Below, piece by piece: positions 22,733 through 48,752 of a DNA stretch of 64,000 nucleotides (its first letter is position 1; the number at the start of each line of letters is the position of its first letter). The position numbers were made by a program, and so were the translations under genes. The DNA comes from Antedon mediterranea. Taxonomy: Eukaryota; Animalia; Echinodermata. The stretch covers positions 29,484,912 through 29,548,911 of the forward strand of contig NC_092675.1 in the NCBI RefSeq assembly GCF_964355755.1, read 5' to 3'. The notes beneath the pieces are model-generated. The model was not told the origin of the DNA, made no database searches, and saw nothing but the letters and a program-made list of their open reading frames with translations.

Positions 22733-24451
22733 ATGGAGTCCTTAAAATTGTTGATAACAGTTACATTTCCAAATTATCTTCGTAATTTACCCATTCCTGA
22801 CACGTTGGCAGGGTTTGGTGACCTAACAGGTAAGTTAGAGCCGTGTTTGTCGGAAAAAATGGAATTCCCAAGGTTAGTTTTACGTCATGTGCTTGTTGTC
22901 TACTTATTGTTCGTTTCGCACATGCGTTGTTGGTTGTTGTGTGTGAGATTTACCTGACCTCGGTCTGCATCAGTGTATGTAACCGAGTATTGTTGCTTAG
23001 ATTTTACTAATTTCAGTTAAATAGCGCAATATTTTTCCAGCAATGGAAGGTACAACCATTTGTATAAATGCCTTTGAATCAGTTAGGCTCACCATAACAA
23101 ATGTTTAATGTTTTTATTGTTTTGTAAGGGTTGACTTTAGTTATAGTTTAGCCGTGCACGACGTACGTTAGGGTGGTAGCTAGATAGATATATTAGGCCG
23201 AGCTAGGCCTAGAGGTTAGGGGGCGGAGTTCACAAATGTATCTCTGTACAGTATTGCGAATGGTGGCCGGATACAGATTTTTAAGAGATAAGAATGTCAT
23301 TGTGTAAAGGGCGTATAAAAGGGTAACAAGAATTACAGATTTAAACATTAAAAGCCTAAAAGAGCCAAGGCCTAACTAGGCCTATATAGTAAGTTTTAAC
23401 ACCTCTAAATATATCTGATTGGACGATTGTGGGTCACATGGCATGCATTATTATGTACTATTTAATGATCATGGAATAGTTGTCTTTTTTTATGTACGGA
23501 AAAAAATCTTCTGGCCTATGAACAAAATTTCCTTCAGTAAAATATGAAATTCTATTTTCACTCGGGCTTCATCACGTCACAAAATAGAATTTCATCCTTC
23601 ACCGAATTAAATTATTTGTACCATCGCACTCAAAAACATTCATGCCCTTTGATTATAGGCATGGTAGATAACAGAATTGTGAAGGTGCATGACATGATTG
23701 GGTCAAAAAGATTTAATAGGAAAATGACTGGATTTTTGTTTTTATCTTGTCTAGGATCTGATGTGTTGCGCATAGTGCCACTAGTTGGTGCTCTAGCAGC
23801 AGCGGTATACCTGGTTGTGTCTGCCATGAAGGGAAAGAAAGATGATCAACCCAAGCCACCAAAAGTGAATTTTAACTGTCTTGATAAAGATAAGGATAAA
23901 ATTGTTGACTCTTTTGATGTGGAGGATCTGGGTAACAAAACTTGCTTTTGTAGATGTTGGAGATCTAAAAAGGTATATATACAGGATTGTCATTCATACT
24001 ACAAGAGCGAATGTAGCTTAATAGTCAATATAACTAAATCAATTTATACACATAGTATTTCGAATATTGACATAAACAGAGATAGTATTCAGCATAAAGG
24101 TCAAAGATCAACAATTAGAATAATCGCTGTGTAATGGTTAGACATACTGTTGGTGTAGTAGAATGAGATAATTATTTTTGTTTTTTTATTGTTGTAGTCT
24201 AGTTCATGCCTGCCTTATCTGGATAAACCGACAATAGCCCTTTCTCCTCGAATAGAGAGATATAACTTGAAAGTAACAATTTTCATTAAACACCACTTTC
24301 CACAAATGGTATTATTTCTCCATGATTATTATTGATTATTATTTCTTTTCAGTTTCCATATTGTGATGGTTCACATAATAAACATAATGAAGCTTGTTGT
24401 GATAATGTTGGTCCTCTCATCATCCAGAAAAAGGAAGAGAAAACATCTTAA
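22733..24451 (+). CDS. CISD2: CDGSH iron-sulfur domain protein (CISD2/NAF-1-type NEET protein), 137 aa
   Basis: Exons 22733-22829, 23755-23972, 24353-24451 (GT-AG, 414 nt). N-terminal [17 protein letters not shown], hydrophobic TM segment, and [22 protein letters not shown]...DNVGPLII [2Fe-2S] motif. Confidence 0.95.
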
Positions 24452-25542
24452 CTCATGTCGGATACCGCATCAGAGTTGAGATCTTAAAAAGAGGAAACAT
24501 CTTAATTCATGTCGGATACTACATATGCAATTGAGCTCTTGAGAAAACGTCATAAATGTGGGATGGTATCAATACAAAGGAATCTAAATTCAAACTAATT
24601 AAATTTAATTTGTAGTGATTAGGGGGTTAATTGTAGTGAATAAATTCATGTATTGAAAATTGTTTATAGACCAAGGACACATTGGACAATTTTAGCACAA
24701 TGGAGCAATGGTACAATATAAACAGGGAGTTGTTGAGAGTTGTTATTACCTCCCTGGTATAAATACCTATTGCAAACTATTCAACCTGTTAGTGTCGGTT
24801 TCATCGCTGTTGGTTGACAACTGAATAAAATAAAATAAATACAGGTAGTTAAAATAGTACATAGTTCACAACATGAACATTTGGTCTAATACAATGCAAG
24901 CTTTAAAATATAAAATTATTTTATTATTTTAAGGTTAGTTTATTATATTTGTTGGTGTATAGTATGATTTATATATATTTTGTGTGAATAAACAATTGTA
25001 ACTATAGTGGTGGTGCTTATAAACTATGTAAAGATTTTTGTACGGTTATTTGTTCTTTTGGTTTTAAAAAACAATACAGGTTTTATAAACATTTACCATC
25101 TAGTTATTGGTTGAAAGAGCATCATATGATCAGTGATGTCACAACTGTAGAATTGGTATTATAACGCTTATACTAAAATGCGAGTACTGTATTGTCTTTT
25201 TAGTTGGCCTGTAGCGAGATACCACTGAACATGGCTTCAGTAATTGACCAATAATACTGTAATAACTGCCATGTGAAGATTAGATGAAACATCACAGTGA
25301 AATAACCATCATTTACAGCATAGCTCAAGGGCCTGCATCCCTAAAATGCTTGCATTTGCGCTGTTAATCATTATGAAAACATTACAATGAAAAGCTAAAT
25401 CATTACAATTTAATACTGTGTATTTATTTAATTATTATTGTGATTTTGCAGTAGCAAATTCAATGGGAACTTGCCAGTAAGAACCTACAAGCAACGTTAA
25501 AAAAACAAGACTTTAATTATCTATAAATAATGCAGATAATCA

Positions 25543-25830
25543 TAGTAGCTACTGTCGCTACCATATATAGACAATTAAGTAGTAGCTATAGACACTACTA
25601 TTAGTATAAATAGACAATTAAGTAGTAGCTATAGACATTACTATTTATTATAGACTAGGCCTACAGTATCAAATACAGTAGTAGAAATAGACACTATTAG
25701 ATAGACAATCAAATAGTAGCTATAGACACTACTTTTATTATAGACTAGGTCTACAGTTATCAAATACAGTAGTAGATATAGACACTATTAGTATTATAGA
25801 CAATCAAATAGTAGCTATAGACACTACTAT
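25543..25830. repeat. Compound minisatellite in the duplicated 3' flank (also about 47810-48230 and 56636-56865)
   Basis: agtagctatagacactact / tagacaatcaaat units. Confidence 0.8.
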
Positions 25831-27547
25831 ATATCTACATAACCACTTACTAATTCTATAAATCAGAAACCCATTTTTCTACGCTCTCATGTATAAAAAG
25901 AGCATACAAAGACATTACACATACAGTACAAGTATTCAATCTTTTGAACTATTAATTCGTTTTCAAACCACTGTTCGAAAAATTGTATTTTTTATTGAAA
26001 CTACAACACATCCAAATATCTGATTTGTGTACAAAATGACCTACAAATATTTGCTATTGCGCTTGAAAAAAAGTTGTCAACTTCAATTTAAAAGTTTCTA
26101 GATGTAATTTGAGTAAGAAAATGCTGAAACAGTTGATAAAGATGAAATGAGCTCCTTTAAATATGAAATTAAGATGAAACAAATGTTATCATTGGCCAAC
26201 ACCACAGGATCATTTATTTGATCTACACCCTCAATGAACTTTATCCAACATGGGCCTACAACTGAGAACTAACATGTAGTACTAGTGAAACTATAACCAT
26301 TTTGCGTAAAACTTAATCCAATACGGGAGGGACCAACGTGTAGCGAGTCTCCACGTAAACCATTTTGTTCACTGTGATTTTCAAAAGAATACAGTACTTT
26401 GTCTACACTATCAAACTTTATGCGACAATAAAATGTGATGTGGCCATATATGGACATGATGACATCACATCAATACCATATTTGGGTATATCACTACCAT
26501 ATTATTTGGGCACATCACACTTTTTTTATCAAACTAGTTTGATAGTGTAGACAGAGCTTTAGAACTAGTTTCATTGTTTACACACACATATAACTAAAAG
26601 GTCATTATAGGTTTTTTGACAAATGTAAAACGAAAACCTTATTTAATTTATCTACTAAGATTTGTGGTTCCTACAAAGTACCGTACTGGTTATAGTACTG
26701 TAACATGAGGGTGACTATGTAGTGTTGAATTCTTGAGTAATGTGGAGTAGGCTTAACATTATTATGTACAGTAGAGATATTCAAATTTACCAAATTTTAT
26801 TCACTACCACCTCACGTCATTTATAAACACTAGAGGGAGCTACAACTGAAATACGGTACATAAGAAGTACACAGTCCATTGCTTGTAATTTGTTGGTGAA
26901 ATATCGTATCTAACATGTCACACGCAAAAAAAGCCTAGATAAAAAAAAAAAAACCTTTGTTAGTCGTAACTTGTATAAAATGCAACTTAAAAATATTGAA
27001 AAGAAAAAGCAAATTTACTAACATTTATCAATTGCAGATTATTATTGACACTAATGTTGGTAACTACCGCACGCAAGTATAACTACTTTAACTATAGACT
27101 GTGTATAGATATGTTAATAATTTACTCCAGATAAAAATGTCTGTGATATTAAAGGTTTTAAACTATCTACAGCAAATGACAACTGATTACTAATGTACTA
27201 TGATAAGAAGTACTGGTCATGAGCTGGTGAAAACAGTCAAGACCATATTAATGTTCTCCCAAAAATAACCCCTACTAACTTTTTGTAAACTGTGATTTAT
27301 TCCACGCACCCTTTCCAAATCTTACACTTCAATTCAAAACTCATTGCGTTAACTGCAATTGTTTGTAAGATCAAGAAATCACACCTTGTGATCAATCAAC
27401 CGTATCATTAAATGCTTGTATTTCTTAACACAAAGCAGTTTTGATACTTTTAATTTATACACTAAAACATATATAGCCGCATTTTTAAATTTGTTTCCTT
27501 CATTTTCTTGTTTAGTTTAGTTTTTCTTCTTCTTCTTTCTCTCCTTT

Positions 27548-30663
<3,116 letters not shown>

Positions 30664-30971
30664 TCTTTGTTATATATTTTCAACGGCGTATTTTCAACAA
30701 CCTCTCTCTCTGCTTGCTGTTTTATTTTTTTTTCCTCTCTCTGTGACTCGACTCTTCTTCACCGCATGAGGGGAGTATTCATGGGAGTTACATTGATGAT
30801 TCATTCTCCTTCCCCCTGCATGCAGCAGAGACTGTAAAGCTCTGTCCACACTTTATGTGACAAACAAATGTGATGTGCCCATATTAAGGAAATGATGATG
30901 TCATATCACTACCATATTTAGGCACATCACACTTTTTGTGTGTAAATGTAAACCGCCATTCCGCAACCTAT

Positions 30972-32980
30972 TAGTGGGGTGCCTTAAAGATGTATTGTCC
31001 CTTTGTCAAATTCCAAAAAAATAAAAAATAAAAGATTTCGAAAAAAAGTGGGTCATTTTGAAGTATCATAATAGTTATTAACTTTCACCAAAAATTAGTC
31101 GAAAAAAAAAAGAATTAACTGAAATACAGACGTTTTTTGGTTCAAAAAATAACTTTGACTTCCAGTCAAAGTTTTCGATCAAAACATATCTCATAATGCA
31201 ACGCGCTTATTTGGCTACTCTGTATGCATAATCATAAAACTTCCTCGCGATCTGTGTGAAAACACCTTCTCAACCGTGACGAGTTGTAAACAATCCTAAT
31301 TAGCATCATGCATAATGTATAATCATGGTTTGAAATCTTTGTTTACTTTCGCTCGTGACGATTTTCCAGAAGAAATGTAATCAAGTTAATTTAGCTGTTA
31401 ATTACGTAAAATTGTTGTTTTTGGCTCGAATTTTCGACTTAAAGTGAATAACTTTAATATACTTTGATATGGCCAGTTTAAATTAAAAATATTCTGACCT
31501 TCATTTTTTTGTGTTTCAAGGGACAATACATAAAAAATGATCAAAAACGTTACACGGATGACAAAGTTTTCATTTTTTGCACATATGTTCACTTGGACAT
31601 ACAGATTAAAAAAAATCACTGTAGCCAAGAAAAAAATGTATTTTGTGACCATATTTGGAGTATTTTCAAAATGGCTGCCAAAACAAAATGATGGTCCATA
31701 TCTTAGTAACCGGTAGGGGTACAGAGTTCATTTTAGTGTTAAATTGCTTAGAACACATATGTTTCTATTCACTCTAATTCAACATTTTATTAGAAAATGG
31801 CCTGAATCATCATTTCCGGAATTGTGACCTTTGACCCTAGTATGGTCATATCTCGAAAACTACTGACAGTAGAAACATGAGGTTAGTCTTAAAATATTCA
31901 CAATATACATGTTAGTATTTGGTCTAACGAACTATTTTTCCCAAAAGTGACTGGAAATCATAATATTGACCTTTGACCCGATAACCTCAAATTTCGTTAC
32001 CGAATGCGCATAACATCAAAATATTGGGCTTAAATTGTCAAAAAAGTATATTTTTGTATTAATTAAGGTAATGACTGAATTTGTCAATTGACCAGAAGTA
32101 ATGATATTAACTTAAATTTTGTTTTATATCACTACAACATTGGCAGTCAATCGTCAATATTTTTCACGCAATACATTGTTTTCTCAACAAATTTAAACAA
32201 TTACTTTTTCATATGATAAATGTTTGTTTAAGCTTGGTTCCCACTAGAACATAACGCAAGGACGTAAACGCAACGCAAGCCAATGACAAGCGAAGTTATA
32301 GACAGTTACCAATCATAAGCGAATAAGCCATCGCTTGTGATTGGTCAATTCATTTGCGTTGCGTTACATCCTTGCGTTGCGTCGCTAGTGAAAACCACGC
32401 TTTAGTGATTCAGATTGTTGTATCTAGAGATATTATATGGCCTACCTCGTTATGTGTAGAGGAATGTTACATTTTACTATGTGTGATTACATTTCCAGAT
32501 TATTTTCTACAAGTTGTAAGCTTCAATAAATTAATATAACTGTTTTGCAGTGTATTATATTTACAGTTTACACTTCTTTATTTTATATTTCAAACCTCAG
32601 TTATTAAAAAATAAAATAAATAATAATAATAAGTATTAACTATGTCTTAGAAATAATAAATTCTGACACGGATCGTCTGTATTCAATTACGAGTAATATT
32701 ATCTGGGACATTTGCAGCTGCACAGTTCTGTACAAGGGAGGTTGGATTTGGCACATTTGCAAGTCACACAACCACGGTCAGATTTGCAGCCACATTTGAT
32801 AAGTTCATTGCAGGCCTTGGCTGCTTCTGGTTTAGTCATCCGAACTGGCTTCCAATGTGTGTCTTCTAATGTCCAACCCCAATCTTCTGGAGTAGGAATA
32901 GTTGGTTCAGCATTCTGACAAGTGGTCCATATACCTCCTTGATATATGGCTCTTTTCACATGTTGAAGTAATGCATCCTA
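30972..32980 (-). mobile_element. 3' remnant of a DNA transposon, probably Academ-like (C-terminal Cys-rich CXC-type domain)
   Basis: 32699-32980 encodes LQHVKRAIYQGGIW...PEDWGW...CNELIKCGCKSDRGCVTCKCAKSNLPCTELCSCKC; segment begins with TAG at 30972 exactly where B/C colinearity breaks. Superfamily call is from recall of Academ structure. Confidence 0.55.
32231..32401. mobile_element. PIF/Harbinger-type MITE family 2 (TIR agcttggttcccactag; acgca-rich); representative copy
   Basis: TIRs with TTA TSD. Relatives at 28852-29207, 44395-44727, 48039-48175 (TAA TSD, absent from arm B), 56508-56635, 59958-60261, and diverged 9360-9497. Confidence 0.8.
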
Positions 32981-33736
32981 CAATATAAATGTAATATAAT
33001 GTAAAAACAATGTAGTGATATAAAAAAAAGTGATGTTACCAAATATGGCTGTTGTGGTGGAATCGGTGAGAATAATGAGGTGAACACGTGGTTGCAATAT
33101 GTTGTCTTTATTAATTTTATTATTCAACAACTGTGTTGGGTTGTCTATAAGAACAAACAAAATACACTAAGTAGATAGTTCTGTAGTCAACAAACACTTC
33201 GAAACATGATAATATAGAATAGTGCGACTACCCCCTCTATAGTAATAGAAAGACGTAGACACTCGCGCGCACGCCAACTCGACTTAAACGAAGTGATAAC
33301 GTCAAGCGAGGCCTATATATTATCTAGAAATATATAATTTTTAAAGGTGTAAACAACTCAAAGACTGCCCCCGCAGACTCCTGGCTAAACATATTAATAC
33401 ACGATTATAATTAAACTCACCCAAAGGGTTCCAAATAACAAATAAAGATGATTACACTGCATAAATATCTCACACGATACCAATTGTATATAATTTCGTT
33501 CAGCCTGCGTATTGTACGCGCACTGGCACGCAACTCACAAATTGAAAACAAATGACGTCATGACATCGGTAGTGATATATCCAAGTATGGTAGTGATATA
33601 ACATTATCATGTCCATATGGGCGCATCAAATTCCTGTACCTATGGGTCCTAAACCTATAGCCTACATCAATTATTTAAAATTATTTAAAAAAATTGTAAT
33701 TATTAAAATTATTTAAAGTTAAATGTAATAATGATG

Positions 33737-34494
33737 GGCGCTACTGCAGTTTCGCACCACACTGTTATATCTTCGATTTCTTGCTTCATTTTTTTCTCGC
33801 ACTCACATCATACAATTTTGGGCCATTATGTAACATGTTCCCATGATTTAGCCACCGTTATATTACCTTTATCACAATAAAAAATGCCTTTCAAAACAGC
33901 TCCTTTTTTCGCGAAAACTTCGATTGAACTGTGGCCATTTTAGATTCAGAAAATTGCCAGAAATCAATGTATGTTTTATTTTCTGTTTTTATTTTTAAAC
34001 TGCAAAGAGTGGTTTTATAAAGAACCAGCTGTACATATCAAAACGGTGACGATATGAGTCCATACATAAAACATTGATAGGAACCATTAATATAAATAAT
34101 AATAGTAATACTAATAATTAAATATTAATTTAACCTTTATTTCGCCAGCTGAAAACATTTCTTGCTTTTCAAAACTAAATAGGGTAGGCCTATATGTGTA
34201 ATCGGATTTTATAACACTGCCCTCTATAGTTTCTACAATTTTTGGGGTAAAATGAAGCATAAATTCTGGCAATTCAGTGATAAATATAAGATGGCGAACA
34301 TTTCGCAGTGTGTTGACAGCGAGTTCAGTATTGTTTAAAATGTTTTGAAAAGTATTGTTATTTAAAAAAAATTACTTCGTAAGTGGTCGAATCGTATAAA
34401 CATGTTACATAATATTATGTTGTGAGTGTAAAAAACGAAAGTTTAGGTGAGAAATCGAAGATATAACGGTGTGGTGCGAAACTGCAGTAGCGCC
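33737..34494. mobile_element. Non-autonomous TIR element (about 45-bp TIRs), left arm only
   Basis: ggcgctactgcagtttcgcaccacactgttatatcttcgatttct vs its reverse complement at 34450-34494; empty site near 37005. Confidence 0.8.
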
Positions 34495-34840
34495 TAGTGT
34501 AATTGCAATATAATTTTTCACAAAACTACACTTGGGACTCCCTGTAACTAAGCATTTGCTAGGCCTATGAGAGGCATCCGCTTTGCATTGCCACAGTCGT
34601 TTTCGCCATGGAGGTATGCCTAGCAACGAGCCTATGTTAGCCTAGCCTAATTGATAATCAATTTAAATGCTTAAAAGAAACAAGAAAGTAAATTAATGGT
34701 AACCTAAGTGCTTTAAAGTGGTAAATCAATATATATATTTGAAATCAACAACTGCTTTATAAGCATAAAAATACTTACCACTTAGCAATTATCCACCTCT
34801 GTCAACAATCAGAATGCCGGATTTTATGAATACTCATTTT

Positions 34841-36257
34841 AAGATTCAAGATTCAAGAAATTTTATTTGTCCATAAAAATGGAAATTCACTTTGCTTGGT
34901 AGATTAAAACAACAATATTGCAACGATTTAAAACGTGCAGTATCATAACAGACTAAAAATACAAGATAAAAAGTTAAAAATACTGTTAAAAATGTAAAAC
35001 TATTTAAAAATTGCATTATCGTCTTACATTAGAATTAAAAATATGAATGCTATTTACAACGAAGGATTTTCTAGTTCTACAAAGATTTGCTCTTGGAGGT
35101 CGTAGCCTAATACCTGATCTATTTAAGTTATAACAGTAATGTAACGGATGAGGGGGTCTTTCATAATAATATTGTTTACTTTTTTTTAAATACTCTTTTC
35201 ATAGATAAATGAACAAGGCGTTAGATCAGCTTTAATAATACGTTGTGCAATTTTACGTGGTCTCTCAATATTTTTCTTATCATTTTCAGTAAAGTTACCA
35301 TAAAAACATCCAATGCTAAAAGATAAAATACTTTGAATAATACTTTGATAAAATAGAATTAAAATAGTGTTATCAACTCTAATTTGCTTGAGTTTTCTGA
35401 GAAAGTAGAGCCTTTGAGATGCCTTCTTGGAAATCATGAGAGAGTTTGACTCCCAGTTTAATTTGTTGTCAATTATAGTACCTAAGTATTTGTATTGGGT
35501 TACTCTTTCAACCTCGGTTTCTTTAATAGTTATTACATTATGTTCAACTGCGGTTTTACGAAAATCTATTATCATCTCTTTGGTTTTAGTAATATTAAGT
35601 ATTAAGTTCATATCCTCACACCAATTAACAAATCTTCCAACTTCATTAACAAATTCATTTACATTATGCTTACTATCGCAAAGAAGACCACTAATTACAG
35701 TATCGTCAGCGTATTTTACAATATTGCAATCTTTACTTAAAATATTAAAACTACTTGAATAAAAAGAGAACAAAATTGGAGAAATAACACATTCTTGAGG
35801 AGTTCCAACACTGATGGATTCTTTGTTGGATAGGATACCATTGCACTTAACCATCTGCGGTCTATTAATCAAAAAACTATGTATAACTTTGGCGAGCTGA
35901 GGTGAGACATTAAAACTTAATAATCTATCAATTAAAACATGTGGTAAAATAGTATTAAAAGCACTGGAGAAATCGAAAAATATAGACCGTACATAATTTC
36001 TTTTTGAATCAAGGTGATGATATGTATCATGGAGATAAGAATTAACAGCATCGTCAACCCCTCTATTTTTCTTGTATGCAAATTAATTCTTATCTGCATT
36101 ACCTATATTTTCTTAAGTCTAGATACAATTAACCTTTCTAAGCATTTGATTATATTTGAAGTAATTGCAATTGGTCTAAAATCTTTTGGTACACTAGGTT
36201 TATTAACTTTAGGCAATGGATTTATAATAGAAGTTTTCCATATGCGTGGAACAGTAC
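34841..36257 (-). mobile_element. 5'-truncated LINE (Rex1/Babar-like RT)
   Basis: ORF 35186-35872 with GTPQ, KYADDT, DFRK, YKYLG, QRLYFLRKL; (CTTGAAT)n tail; 6-bp TSD catttt (34835-34840, 36258-36263); empty site visible in the opposite arm near 36646-36651. Confidence 0.88.
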
Positions 36258-37243
36258 CATTTTGGAGAGAAATCTTTGTCTAGGTAATACTATAGTAATT
36301 GATTGTATATAAAAGGGGTTCTATGGACCTTAAATAATGAAATCATTGTTATTATTAGTATTTATTATTCTCAAATAGAAACTATTATAACAAATATTGT
36401 GATTTATTTTAACTGGTCTTTGGAATGTTAAAAAATAGATTATGTCGAAAAGGCACTGCTTCTCTATAACACTGAAGTTAGTTGTAGTGATATAAAACAA
36501 AATTTAAGTCAAAAGTTAATATCATTACTTCTGGTCAATTGACAAATTCAGTCATTACCTTAATTATTTCATTATTTAAGGTCCATAGAACCCCTTTTAT
36601 ATACAATCAATTACTATAGTATTACCTAGACAAAGATTTCCCTCCAAAATGAGTATTCATAAAATCCGGCATTCTGATTGTTGACAGAGGTGGATAATTG
36701 CTAAGTGGTAAGTATTTTTATGCTTATAAAGCAGTTGTTGATTTCAAACGAGTGTTTTTATTAAATATATATATTGATTTACCACTTTAAAGCACTTAGG
36801 TTACCATTAATTTACTTTCTTGTTTCTTTTAAGCATTTAAATTGATTATCAATTAGGCTAGGCTAACATAGGCTCGTTGCTAGGCATACCTCCACCGCGA
36901 AAACGACTGTGGCAATGCAAAGCGGATGCCTCTCATAGGCCTAGCAAATGCTTAGTTACAGGGAGTCCCAAAAGTAGTTTTGTGAAAAATTATATTGCAA
37001 TTACACATCATTATTAAATTTAACTTTAAATAATTTTAATAATTACAATTTTTTTAAATAATTTTAAATAATTTATGTAGGCTATAGGTTTAGGACCCAT
37101 AGGTACAGGAATTTGATGCGCCCATATATGGACATGATAATGTTATATCACTACCATACTTGGATATATCACTACCATATTTGGTAACATCACTTTTTTT
37201 TATATCACTGCATTGTTTGTACATTATATTACATTTATATTGT

Positions 37244-37526
37244 AGGATGCATTACTTCAACATGTGAAAAGAGCCATATATCAAGGAGGTATATGGACCA
37301 CTTGTCAGAATGCTGAACCAATTCTATTCCTACTCCAGAAGATTGGGGTTGGACATTAGAAGACACACATTGGAAGCCAGTTCGGGTGACTAAACCAGAA
37401 GCAGCCAAGGCCTGCAATGAACTTATCAAATGTGGCTGCAAATCTGACCGTGGTTGTGTGACTTGCAAATGTGCCAAATCCAACCTCCCTTGTACAGAAC
37501 TGTGCAGCTGCAAATGTCCCAGATAA
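37244..37526 (+). mobile_element. Inverted duplicate of the Cys-rich transposon coding remnant
   Basis: Reverse complement of 32699-32980 with a small indel near 37320. Confidence 0.6.
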
Positions 37527-37981
37527 TATTACTCGTAATTGAATACAGACGATCCGTGTCAGAATTTATTATTTCTAAGACATAGTTAATACTTATTATT
37601 ATTATTTATTTTGTTTTTTAATAACTGATAACTGATAGGTTGCGGAACGGCGGTTTACATTTACACACAAAAAGTGTGATGTGCCTAAATATGGTAGTGA
37701 TATGACATCATCATTTCCTTAATATGGGCACATCACATTTGTTTGTCACATAAAGTTTGATAGTGTGGACAGAGCTTTACAGTCTCTGCTGCATGCAGGA
37801 GGCAGGAATGAATCATCAATGTAACTCCCATGAATACTCCCCTCATGCGGTGAAGAAGAGTCGAGTCCAAAGATCTTATATACTATAGTATATAAGATCT
37901 TTTGTCGAGTCACAGAGAGAGAGGAAAACAAAATTAAAACAGCAAGCAGAGAGAGAGGTTGTTGAAAATATATAACAAAGA

Positions 37982-46050
<8,069 letters not shown>

Positions 46051-48752
46051 ACGGGAGAGAAAGAAGAAGAAAAAAAACTAAACAAGAAAATGAAGGAAAC
46101 AAATAAAAAAATGCGGCTATATATGTTTTAGTGTATAAATTAAAAGTATCAAAACTGCTTTTTGTTAAGAAATACAGCAAGCATTTAATGATACGGTTGA
46201 TTGATCAGATAGAGTGATTTCCTGATCTTACAAACAATTGCAGTATACGCAATGAGTTTTGAATTGATGTGTAAGATTTGGAAAGGGTGGTGGAATAAAT
46301 TACAGTTTACAAAAATTAGTAGGGGTTATTTTTGGGAGAACATTAACATGGTCTTGACTGTTTTCACCAGCTCATGACCAGTACTTCTCATCATAGTACA
46401 TTAGTAATCAGTTGTCATATGCTGTAGATAGTTTAAAACCTTTAATATCGCAGAACTTTTTATCTGGAATAAATTATTATCATATCTATACACAGTCTAT
46501 AGTTAAAGTAGTTATACTTGCGTGTGGTAGTTACCAACATTTAATTGTCAATAATAATCTGCAATTGATAAATGTTAGTAAATTTGCTTTTTCTTTTCAA
46601 TATTTTTAAGTTGCATTTCATACAAGTTACGACTAACAAAGGTTTGTTTTCATTTAATTTCTAGGCTTTTTTGCGTGTGAAATGTTAGATACGATTGTAA
46701 ATTATATTTCACTAACAAGTTACAAACAATGGACTGTGTACTTCTTTGTTATGTATTTCAGTTTTAGCTCCCTCTAGTTTTTATAAATGATGTGAGGTGG
46801 TATTTGAATATCTCTACTGTACATAATAATGTTAGGCCTACTCCACATTACACTACATAGTCACCCTCATGTTACAGTACTATAACCAGTACGGTACTTT
46901 GTAGGAACCACAAATCTTAGTGGATAGATTTAAAGATAATGGAACTTGGAAAAATCTATTTTACAAAATAAACTAAATAAGGTTTTCGTTTTACATTTGT
47001 TAAAAAAAACTATAATGACCTTTTAGGTCTATGTGTGTGTCAACAATGAAACTATTCCGAAGCTCTGTCTACACTATCAAACTAGTTTGACAAAAAAGTG
47101 TGATATGCCCAAATAATATGGTAGTGATATACCCAAATATGGTATTGATGTGATGTCATCATGTCCTTATATGGGCACATCACATGTTATTGTCGCATAA
47201 AGTTTGATAGTGTAGACAGAGCTTGTATTCTTTTGAAAGTTACAGTGAACAAAATGGTTTACGTGGAGACTCACTACATGTTGGTCCTCGGGTCCCTCCC
47301 GTATTGGAGTAAATTTTACGCAAAATGGTTATAGTTTTACTAGTACTACATGTTAGTTCTCAGTTGTAAGCCCATGTTGGATTAAGTTCATTGAGGGTGT
47401 AGAGCCAATAAATGGTCCTGTGGTGTGCCAATGATAACATCTATTTCAACTTAATTTCATATTTAAAGGAGCTTACTTTATCTTCTGTTTCAGCATTTTC
47501 TTACACAACACAAATTACACAAATCTAGATAGAAACTTTTTAATTGAAGTTGAAAACTTTTTTTTCAAGCGCAATAGCAAATATTTGTAGGTCATTTTAT
47601 ACACAAATCAGATATTTGAATGAATACATTTTTTCAAGCAGCGTAATTAATATAATATTAGTTTTAATGTTTTGAAAACTAATTAATAGTTAAAAAGATT
47701 AAATAAACTTGTACTGTAGGTGTAATGTCTTTGTATGCTCTTTTTATACATGAGAGCGTAGAAAAATGGGTTTCTGATTTATAGAATTAGTAAGTGGTTA
47801 TGTAGATATATAGTAGTGTCTAGCTACTATTTGATTGTCTATAATACTAATAGTGTCTATATCTACTACTGTATTTGATAACTGTAGACCTAGTCTATAA
47901 TAAAAGTAGTGTCTATAGCTACTATTTGATTGTCTATCTAATAGTGTCTATTTCTACTACTGTATTTGATACTGTAGGCCTAGTCTATAATAAATAGTAG
48001 TGTCTATAGCTACTACTTAATTGTCTATATTATACTAAAGCTTGGTTCCCACTAGAGACGCAACGCACAGACGTAACGCAGTCGTAAGTGATTTGACCAA
48101 TCACAAGCGATGGATTGTTCAACTTGCTTGCGTTGCGTCTACGCCATGCATTGCGTCTCTAGTGAGAACCAAACTTAATAGTAGTGTCTATAGCTACTAC
48201 TTAATTGCCTATATGGTAGTGACAGTAGCTATTGTCTGAATTATTTATAGACAATTAAAGTCTTGTTTTTTAACAGTTGCTTGTAGGTTCTTACTGGCAA
48301 ATTCCAATTGAATTTGCTACTGCAAAATCACAATAATAATTAAATAAATACACAGTATTAAATTGAGTAAAAAAATTGTAATGATTTAGCTTTTTGTTGT
48401 AACGTTTTCATAATTATTAACGGCGCAAATGCAAGGATTTTAGGGATGCAGGCCCTCGGGCTATGCTGTAAATGATGGTTGCCTTTTGTTCATCTCAATA
48501 TATTTCACTATGTGATGTTTTATCTAATCTTAACATGGCAGTACAGTGTTATTGGTCAATTCTTGACTTCAAACTCGTATATCCAATTGGTCAATTACTG
48601 AAGAGCCATGTTCAGTGATCAGCAAGGGCAAATCACTTTTGATATTCATTAGAGTTCGCCATCAATCTATACTACCTCGATGATATTGTTGGTTGGTGGT
48701 TCACGGAGAATACCATCCCGTTTCTGTTAATTCATAACCATGGACAAATGAT

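Noticed and set aside
23544-24134. 196-aa single-exon ORF
   Set aside because: Only 23755-23972 is the CISD exon; the rest is intron read-through.
32699-32959. Host metallothionein or tesmin-like gene
   Set aside because: Upstream QHVKRA.YQ..W...WGW context and fragmentary state point to a transposon protein C-terminus.
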